64,000 nt of DNA from Tubiluchus corallicola (lineage: Eukaryota; Animalia; Priapulida), in the NCBI GenBank assembly GCA_030141605.1, contig JAQGDQ010000472.1, forward strand, positions 1-64,000, written 5' to 3'. Below the pieces are notes generated by a model. That model made no database searches. It was not told the origin of the DNA and saw nothing but the letters and a program-made list of their open reading frames with translations. Numbering within the stretch: the stretch's first letter is position 1; every line of letters starts with the position of its first letter. A program made the position numbers and the translations under genes. Shown piece after piece: positions 54,567 through 64,000 of this stretch.

Positions 54567-56765
54567 AACCAGACGAAAGTGTGGTTGCTATGGACTTTAC
54601 AAGAACACATTGAAGTTACGTTTAAATCCAGTAGATGGCTCTTACTGACAATGATCGGGTCTTGGCAACAGAAAAAACCAGAAGCAAAATGGCAGCTTCC
54701 TCGAGCTACAATCGGAGATAGAAGCTTTTTCATAATTACAGTACTAGTTTCTAGACAGAAAAGTGGATAAGGAGTTATAAAATTAGAATTTTATTATTTT
54801 TGGACATTTTTCTGATAATTTGATGCTAGAATATGAAAGTCGAACTTATTTAGTGTTGGTTTCTGTATAATGTATTTAGCATTTGTTTTCACAAAAAATA
54901 AAAATTGACATTTGACCAAATTTTTGATGCATTCAACTTCGAAGCATCATAACGTAGTTTTAACTATGCCGACTTATGGGGACGTTTTTATTTTGCAAGT
55001 ACACAAATGGTGACAATCTTCACTCGCTAACAAACATTTAAAAGGTGCAAAGAAACATAACCTGGTAGTTTATTAATTTGTTAAAGATTTGAATACATAC
55101 AATTATGTAATTCAGGGGTGTGCAAACTGTGGCCCGAGGGCCACTTGTGGCCCGCTAAGAGATCTTGTGCGACCTGCGAAGAGGTTTGTCATTGTAATGA
55201 GTGGCCCATGCGATCCAGCTGAAGTCTGCGCCAATATCACAACGACAGTGTGGGTAGTTTTTTCCTCTAGATCGGATGGCATTAACCCTTACAAGACTTC
55301 TTGTCACTTAATGTCACTGTCAGACATGACGAAATATTTGGTTTTTAATATAAATTTTAATAACTTCTAAAATAGTTTCTTGAGTGCAGTAGTAATGTAT
55401 GCAGGTCGGATGCAAAAAAAATCATTATTGGGCCCTACTGTACTTGACCAAACTGCATGTGGCCCACAGGAATTGCAGGAATATTTAGTGTGGCCCGGCT
55501 AGCCAGATAATTTGCACACGCCTGGTCTAATTGTTTGTCCAACTTAACTGTAGCCACAACCGTTATATTGCGAATAAACACTTCTGCTAGATTAATGCAG
55601 TTTATGAATTCTTATGCAACGGATGTGAATGTAAATACATTGGTCAAACTACCAAACAATTACATATTCACATCCATGAACGATGCCGACGCATACTGAA
55701 TAGTGATAACGTTATTTTAACCAATAGCCGATAATTTGAACAGCCAATTATCCAATACATTGATGTGATTGGGCGTAGAATTTAACATATTACCCCTTTC
55801 ATACCCGTTGCATCCCGTGGGATACGAGAATATTTTCTGCCTTTAAAATTAACAAAATTTTAAAACTGACAGTTATTAGATCTGTTAATAGTTATTTTGA
55901 TTTGAGCCAATAACAATAGACTAAAAATGGTGATAAAATGGCAAACTAGAAAATCTGCGTAGCATAAAAAACTGCGCAAGGTACAGTACTTTAGAGATGA
56001 CTTTGTACAGATCAGCATAGCGTGCATACTAAATGTCTTAAATACTTTGAAAAATTATCAGCAGTTGCAAAATGAATCACATTTTTTGCTTTTGTTGTGT
56101 TTTTAAAAAAGTCGGGACTGAAAGGGTTAAGCACTGCAAATACACTTAAAAAATAATCAAAAAAATTCAAAATTAAAACTTGATAAAATGTTACAGAACA
56201 CGCATGCCTTCATAATGACGTAATACATAAAAATGACTGTCACGATACTGCAAAAATTCTAACAAATTTAAAGCACCGATTCTCAAAATTCAATGAATGA
56301 AACAGCATTTCCAGAGGATTATCTTGTTTGGCAGACGACACAATTGTTCCAAGACCTTGCAAACTGTGAACAGTTCATTACAAAATTGTCAAAACGTGAC
56401 ATCAAAAGTATATGATTAGCTGATAAACTAAAAAAATAGAATATTAATTGCAACAGACGCGCATTTAATAAATAAATAAATAAATACAAGATATGTTTGC
56501 TACTGAAATAAATAAATCTGTACCTTCTGTAACTTCACGTTATATGTTATGCATTAGAATAAGGTAGAAATTTATTTTTTACTTGGGTACATTAAAATTT
56601 CATGCAATACAATGCTTCTTTAAAGGTCCATGGCAACACTGTTATCACAACATTCACTGCTTACTAATAAAAATATACAAAGTCTGTCAAAAACTACAAC
56701 CCAAACGATGCAAACTGTTTTTTTAAATTTGGATCACAAGGTTTGGAAGACCACTTCTGCAGAAA

Positions 56766-59700
56766 TTACTTATGAACCACTTTCTTGGCTCTTTCCTCCT
56801 CCAAAGCTTTCCGTAAAGTATCAGGGAGTGCCTTCCGACTTGCCAACCTCTGTTGTTTGATGGCGTAAGCGCTTCGCATAATATCCGGAACTAACTCATC
56901 TTGCCAAGAAACGCGTCTTTCCACGACGCTCGTCCCGCTTTCTTCTGCCATCTTGTTGCTGTGTAAGATACCCAGCAGGCACTCCGTCTCCACAGCTTTC
57001 TGTATCTCTCTCAAGTCCGTATTTTCATATGTGCCTTTTGTTCCTCCCACCCGACTTATGAGTTTAACTGTGTGGTCGACAACTTCGTAGTCGTTGGCTC
57101 TTTCCTCCAGCTGTTCCACGGCCACCTCAAACGCGCCCATGATGATCGTTCTGAACATGTTGAGCAGGTAGATTGCGGCTGCAAAGTTTAAAATGAAGAA
57201 ATACGCAGGTCCAAAGAACGGATGAGCATTCTGGAACTTATAAGAGCTTCCACCACCCAGTAGCATGTCTATTAGTGACCCCATAGATACTAAAAATGTG
57301 TTGAAGTCATAGAGAACATTATGGAACACAAGCATACCAAACAATGCAAACGGCAGCAGTACTAAGAACAAAATAATCGTGTAGTTAATTAGAGTATCCG
57401 AAGAAAGAGTAATTGTATCTGGAAAGACAAACATCATCTTATTAAATGACAGCATCTTCCACAGTTTCATCGTTACCAAGACAACTAGAAAGCCAAGCAC
57501 GTACGTTAGCGTGAAATCCCAGAATGCAGCTGTGTAAAAACTCAAGAATTTCGATTGTTCCGCCCGCTTGTTTTCTTCTAGTAAACTGTCAATAAGTATG
57601 GTTTTCTTCACGAAAAGGATAAATCCTGTTAGGGAAAGAACTATAATGCTGAACTCGACGCAATTCCAGGTACTTTTAAAATAGCTTAACTTGAGCTCGT
57701 TGAGTTGCTTTCCTTCCCTGTAGATAAACACTCCAAGTAGAACAAGGTAGAGAAGTTCACTCGACAATACTGACACGTCTACGGCACTTGCAAATGTCGC
57801 CAGGTTCAACGTAAAAATCTGATAAATTGGAAAAATGCCACCGGTATTGCTAAACTCCACAATCATTAGCACGATGCTAAACAAGTTTGTGTTGGAGTTG
57901 AATAGAGTCATCTCGATCATCACGGCTCGCGTGCGTTCATCAATCCAACGCGAATCGATCAATGAATCGATAATCAATTCACTATCAGAGCGATTGCGGC
58001 TCAATTCCTTTACGTACCCACCACCGCTGTAGAAAGCTAACTGTCCTGTAATAAGAAAATGACAGCTATTAAAAAGTGAAATAACTAACTCTATGTAAAG
58101 TTTTAAGTATTAGTATTACTTGTTTACTATAATATGATAGCAACACTGATTTTTAGCTACAGAAATCTGTCGGTTATCTGACTGTTGGCATCCTTCTGTC
58201 TCGGAAGACAATGGAGTGTGCGCCAAGAGAGTCAGTTAATGATCATATTGATGGAGCTGCAGCGTCAACTGTGGCTGAGCAGTGTGATCCTTGAACGTCT
58301 CCAGCGTGCACGCCTGGGCAAGGTGTACGGTGATACTGAGTTGCCCAGACAACAGGAATCCCTCTTTTCCCCTAGTGTAGTCCAAAGGAAAGCAGAGCGA
58401 TACGTTTGGCACCAGGTTGGCTGCAGGAGCCGCCAGAGTCAGTGAGCATGCTGCACTGGTCAGTCTTCGGGGCTCCACTCCTGATTTGGTAGGTTTACTC
58501 TTCTACACATGGCCGTTGGGTCACTTGACCTCCTCCGCCCTCTAGCCGTTGGCGCTTGTGCAGCTCCTCTGTCTAGTGTTGAGATACAGTGTGGGCATCC
58601 CACAAGCCTACAGCACCTGGTATTCCTAAGCAGTCACCCATCCAAGTACTAACCAGGCTCTGTGTTGCTTAACTTCGGTGATCAGTTTTCAACGTGATTT
58701 GGCCGTAGTCAAATCACTGTGGTAGCAGTATTAACATTACCAAGCCACTGAATAATACCAAGATAAATTCAGCAATTGGTTTTACAAAAGAAAATCTAGC
58801 AGCCAATCAAAAAGACCCACAGACTTAACAGACTCTGCCCTAATAGACACACTTTGGGACAGAAGCATTGCAAAGGCTTTAAGTAAAGTTTAAAAGTGAA
58901 TTCATGTCTAAAGTCGAAATTCCTGCATGTGATTATTTAAAAAGACCAATTTATATGTGAATTAATAAAAAATGAAGAAAATCACAAAAATCTGATTATT
59001 ACGATTAAAAATTACAAAAATTTGTGCAAGGTCGGTTGCTTCATTTCTTCACGAAGAAGTTGGTTTATGAAATTCTCATACTGATAAAACATTGAAAATC
59101 TGTTGCTCTGTACTGCACATATTCACACTAAACATCAAGTCACCTTGAGTTGTAGCTGGTGATGACCATGTGAAAAGCAGCAGGAGATTCAAAAGCAAAC
59201 TTGCTGGTCAAGTGATTAAATGTTTGGCTTCCAGAAACAACGAAGTTAATTGCAGCGGATAAACAGATGACCAGATTCAAAGCAAAACCGCTAAGCTAAC
59301 ATATTAGGGCATATGATAAACATATTGGTACCTGTTTACAAGCAAAGCTGTACTTAACGTGACCATTTCTATGTATATTATAAAGCACAAAAGCGAAGCA
59401 AAGACGACACAAAAGTAGGAAAGGCTTTCCTTGGGCACACACAAGTGTCTTATTTTAAGTGCGTGAAGTAAAAATATTGAGTCAATTATGTGGAGTTATT
59501 TGAGTCAATTACCGACAGTTTTTCTATACATTTGAATAGTCCCATACTAGACGTTTTTGAGTCAATTAGGGGAGAGATTCTATTAACCGTGAGTCTAACA
59601 AATGTCGCTACTGTATCATTAAATGTATTGGAATAAACGACGACCATCATATCTAATAAATGACACGTACCTGCATAAGGTAGCGTTCTTAGTTCCAATG

Positions 59701-62700
59701 TTGACTGAAATGTCCAGTGGTCAGCAGGAAAAGAAGGAAATGGCCGTTCGCGCCATCCCGACATATACGGGGCAATATCCTCCCAGGGCCACGAGTATGC
59801 GGAGACGCACTTTCTTCCAAACGGTTCCAAAAGACGATGTACTGAACACAAACCTAAATTGTAAAGAACAGACTAGGCAAAAAAGTTCTTACCGCATACT
59901 GGAAATGCCGAAACTAACTATTTTAATACCTCAGAGATCAACTATACATTATGAGAAACTAACTCCCAATTTAACATACTTTAATATACCAATATATAGA
60001 CACACCTGATTTTCAATTCCATTATTTACATGATAATTTATTTTTATGACTGTCAAAAATTTTGCTTGTGTCAAGAAGTATATTTCAGTTGCCCGCTGTC
60101 AAATTTTTATTTTTAGTCCTTGTTTGATTTTTTATCATACACTTATTATTATTGCATATGAATTGTATTAATATGCTATATATAAAACGTTATAAACATA
60201 TCAATTTAATATCATTTGTAAAAATTAAATTATAACTACAATCAGTACTAACACTGATACACTGTAGGACAGCACTTTTAAAAATGTTCAACGAAGATTT
60301 TGCATATTGTTTTTTTTTGTTCCAGGTGTGTGCGCCATTTTTATTCCAGTGGCAAAATGCAATTTTATGCGTGATGAACAACTTATAGTTTTAAATAAAT
60401 CTTTTTGTATTAAATAATTGGAACTTATCCATGATTGTATTTATAATCATTAACCAAAGGGCAGCTGATTAGATGACCAACTGGTCTTTCCCTGCCCTTT
60501 CTTCACATTTTTTTCAAATTATTCTTATTATACCTGTATGTGTATTGCAAGATAAATAAAAAAGATTACGATTATTATGATGATGATTGCAAGATAAATA
60601 AAAAAGATTATTATTATTATGATGATGATTGCAAGATAAATAAAAAAGATTATTATTATTATGACTATTATTATGATTATTATTATTGTGATGATGATTG
60701 CAAGATAAATAAAAAAGATTATTATTATTATTATTGCAAGATAAATAAAAAAGATTATTATTATTATGATTATTATTATTGCAAGATAAATAAAAAAGAT
60801 TATGATTATTATTATTATTATTATTATTATGATTGCAAGATAAATAAAAAAGATTATGATGATTATTATTATTATTACTTTACCAACCCGGTTTTATGCG
60901 TAACTGCCTTAGTCTCACAACACCAACTAACAGCGTAGTAACATCTGCAGCGTATCCCTCTGGTGCCTCATCTCCATTGTAGAGTGTAACTGGGTGTAGA
61001 TTAGGTTGCAATGTGTTCCGGATGTAATCCCACATGGAACTCACGCTTGATATCTATAAACAAAAGCGCATGAAGGTGCGATACATGAACCAAAACAGAA
61101 CCAAAGTTTATTTGAATCAAACAAGAGCTGTGCGCGACATGCACTAAATACAAGTCCAACAGTCTTTTACATGTAATTTATGATTTTTTATTCTCCAAAA
61201 TGGGCAATCATCATCTTATCCCAAAATCACTATCACATCATGACATATTTGACCTGACTGACTGACTGACTGACATATTATGAGCGACTCGACTTTGTTT
61301 TATCTGAAGCAAATAAAAACATTTTCTGCTAATCCAATGTCAAAAAGATAATTAACTGCTATAATGAAAATGTATAATAATATTATGAAATATGAAGAAA
61401 TCAAACTTACATCTTTGCCGCATCTTACTAACTTGCTAAAGAAAACTCGACTGACAAAATTTTGTTATAAAACGACACGACGTACTGAACAAGAATGACT
61501 TCTTTCCTATCCTGTCTGCAAAATGAGGCCAATGGCCTATTTTCTGTCCTAGCTCAACTGTCTACGAACAGCCTAAATTTGCAAAAAACAAACACAAGGA
61601 GGCACCACGTGCTTATATCTAAAACAAGAGACCAGCGGGGTTTCTGTTTACAGTTCATTTTAGTTAAACAAGTGTTCAGCGGACGTCTCAGTGCTAAAAA
61701 AGTGACATACTACAGTGATATATGTAAGATGGAAAGCGAAACAGCTACTAATTACATATTTATGGCATTTTCCTCTACAGATCAGGGATGAAAATGACAA
61801 ATTGCAAAAAACTCTGAAACAGGCCGGGGGTTTTAGGGGTTGCCAGCAACAAACTGCAATATTGCTATCATAATTGGTTAATTTGTGATAAATTTCAGGT
61901 AAAATTTAAAGATTTTTCACAACATTTACTTTTGAAAACACAACACGACAGTTTTGGTTTGCAAGCACACATACAATGATCAAAAACTACCTACATCAGT
62001 GAACTTCGTATTTCCTTCATAATCTGCATTGATGACCACGTCCTCAACAGTTTTGGTCACCATGTAGGACCTAAAAATGCAAAAAAATTTATCAGAAAAA
62101 GTAAGTATGAGAAAGAGCAACAATTACTTAGGAGATGAGGAGAAAAACAATTGTTGCTCTTTCTCATACTTACTTTTTCTCATAAATTTTCCTATATTAC
62201 ACTCTTTTGATGCTTATTTTTTTCTTTCCATATTCTCTGTTTTAAAAAACTCGCAGTGTTTAAGCATCCACATTTAGCAAGTGCAGGGATGAGAATGACA
62301 AATTGCAAAAAACTCTGAAACAGGCCGGGGGTTTTAGGGCCGCGTGGGCCCCCACTGGGGTTGAAATTGCAATTTTGTTACCATAGAGAGCCTCTAAGTG
62401 GACTTAAAATATCAACTACCTTGTTTCATGCATAATTTAAAATACCCAACTATCAAGGATACATGATACCTAATTGACTCAAAAATGCCTAAGTACTGAC
62501 CGCTCCTATGCAAAAGTATATAAAAACTGTCTGCAATTGACTCAAATAACTCCACACAATTGATTCTATATTTTTATACATAGAGATATACAAGTGGTTA
62601 CACTGATGTACGTGATGTTAACAAAGTGACGGCCTGCCAACTAGCGGTCAGCTTGTGAAATAATGTACTGGGTCCGTAAAAATTTTCTCAACGAATTTAC

Positions 62701-63042
62701 GCGATTAACAAAAATGGCACTACTGGTCTTCCAAAAACTCAGAATGCCGCGTATCCGCGGAAAATTCTCATCCCTGCAAGTGTAATTAAAGAAGTTTAAG
62801 CAGAGGAGACCTACAACTATTGCCATAATGATCAGCTGGCAACTTAGACACTTTTTACCCACCTTGCATCACGGAAATTATACACGATCACAGACAAACT
62901 CGCTATGAAGCAGAGGAAGAGAAACAGCTCTTTAAGAATTGCGTTCATTTCGTTGGTGTAATTTTTATTCTCCTGCGCTTCCGCTACAAATTTTTTATCC
63001 GGAGGCGTGTACAAGTAATGCCTTTTTCTGTAATTCGAATTC
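56766..63042 (-). CDS. Polycystin-1-like gene, copy B, last five exons: 63042-62863, 62070-61995, 61053-60888, 59853-59671, 58045-56766
   Basis: Same exon lengths (180, 76, 166, 183, 1280 nt), intact splice sites and open frames; 16 differences in the 412-aa terminal ORF. Confidence 0.9.
58185..58710 (-). mobile_element. Mirror copy of the 5S-headed SINE (5S part 58604-58710)
   Basis: Reverse complement of 44071-44561 with an extra ~40-bp segment at ~58515-58555. Confidence 0.75.
60541..60878. repeat. Compound minisatellite tgcaagataaataaaaaagat+(tat)n
   Basis: About 8 units here versus about 3 at the mirrored site 42148-42265. Confidence 0.9.
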
Positions 63043-64000
63043 CTATGTAAAAAAATGTTAGAATTAGATATCAAATGCACAAAACTGTCATTGTATTATC
63101 ATTGTATGAAAAGGGGGAAATTTTGAGTATAAATACACTTAAATATAATCAATAATACGCGAATATCCTACATAGTCCTCATTATTACGCAAAGCCAGCT
63201 GCAGCTTTAGTGAATTAAAGTTATAAGGTTACAGGCAGAGTATAATGGATGACATCAGAACAATGGCTTTGCATCAGCAGTTTTCTAAGCGACAATTGTC
63301 AAAAATAGAACATGTAATTAACTCCTCGGTACTCCTTTTGGTGCACATGTTATAAAGCATGGCCCACACCATCGCGTAGCCCTGTTCTTCCTCTTTCTAA
63401 AGAGCCATATATCTCGAGAATCCCACCAGGCGCCGCTAGAACATTTTTCTGCAGGTTGTTTGACCAAAATTTGGAAAAAATCGGGAGGTCAAGAATGTCG
63501 TAGTTATGCAAAAATTACCACCCTAGCAGGAGAGGTAGGATTAGTCACCTCAGTTCTCACAATAAACAATAAATAGTCACCTGTACAGCCACAGGCATTT
63601 GTCTAGGGACATGTTTGACGGTTCTGTGCTAGAACTATACTTTGCTCGTTTGGTTTTATTTTGCTTTGCGGAATTTATAATTTCTTTGAATTTCTGTTTT
63701 GCTTTGCATTTATGCACGTTTTTGATTTGATAATTATTTTAGACTCACAACTTATAAAATGTAAAATTATATACTCATTTGCTAAACCAGCAAATTTTAC
63801 TAATAATAAGGGGGGTGATTTAAACAGCTATTTAGTTTTTCGCCACCCTTCCCTTGGATTGCATTTTTTAATTTAGATAATTTATTTTAATAACTACAAA
63901 TCAGGGATGAGAATGACAAATTGTATAAAACTCTGAAACAGGCCGGGGGTTTGAGGGCAGCAACAAATTTCAATTTTGTGACAATAGAGAGGCTCTAAGT

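Larger units (their letters stand above)
54567..63390 (-). repeat. Right arm of the inverted duplication
   Basis: Reverse complement of ~39340-48124. Confidence 0.92.

Noticed and set aside
54567-63390. Inverted arm as a pure assembly artefact
   Set aside because: Arms differ by many substitutions and indels and have a mechanistically coherent junction with no gap; long-read confirmation is still needed

Overview
AT-rich, intron-containing animal (probably invertebrate) genomic DNA, dense in transposons. Left half: (i) a Gmr1-order (PR-INT-RT-RH) Ty3/Gypsy element at 1-6224 whose single ORF has an in-frame deletion of the integrase core and RT catalytic domain; (ii) an orphan LTR followed by a 51-nt copy of a CCA-bearing tRNA-Ser 3' half; (iii) an isolated Cys-rich exon; (iv) a young Gypsy element (17628-23215, minus) with TA...TA termini, no tRNA PBS and a Tf1-like self-priming layout; (v) a decayed APE-type LINE in a (TC)n tract, partly duplicated across an NN gap. 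Right half: 13 exons of a polycystin-1-like (PKD1L: PLAT + polycystin channel) gene on + (31121-45979) and a convergent inverted duplicate of at least its last 5 exons on - (56766-63042). The inner breakpoint of the duplication is an 890-bp hAT-type element in one arm and a matching hAT-type excision footprint in the other. Amino-acid differences between the copies cluster in the pore/S6 region. Also present: a 5S-rRNA-headed SINE with RTE-like tail, many MITEs (hAT, piggyBac, Mutator, Helitron-like) and satellites. All calls were made by eye; family names and percent identities are approximate and need database confirmation.
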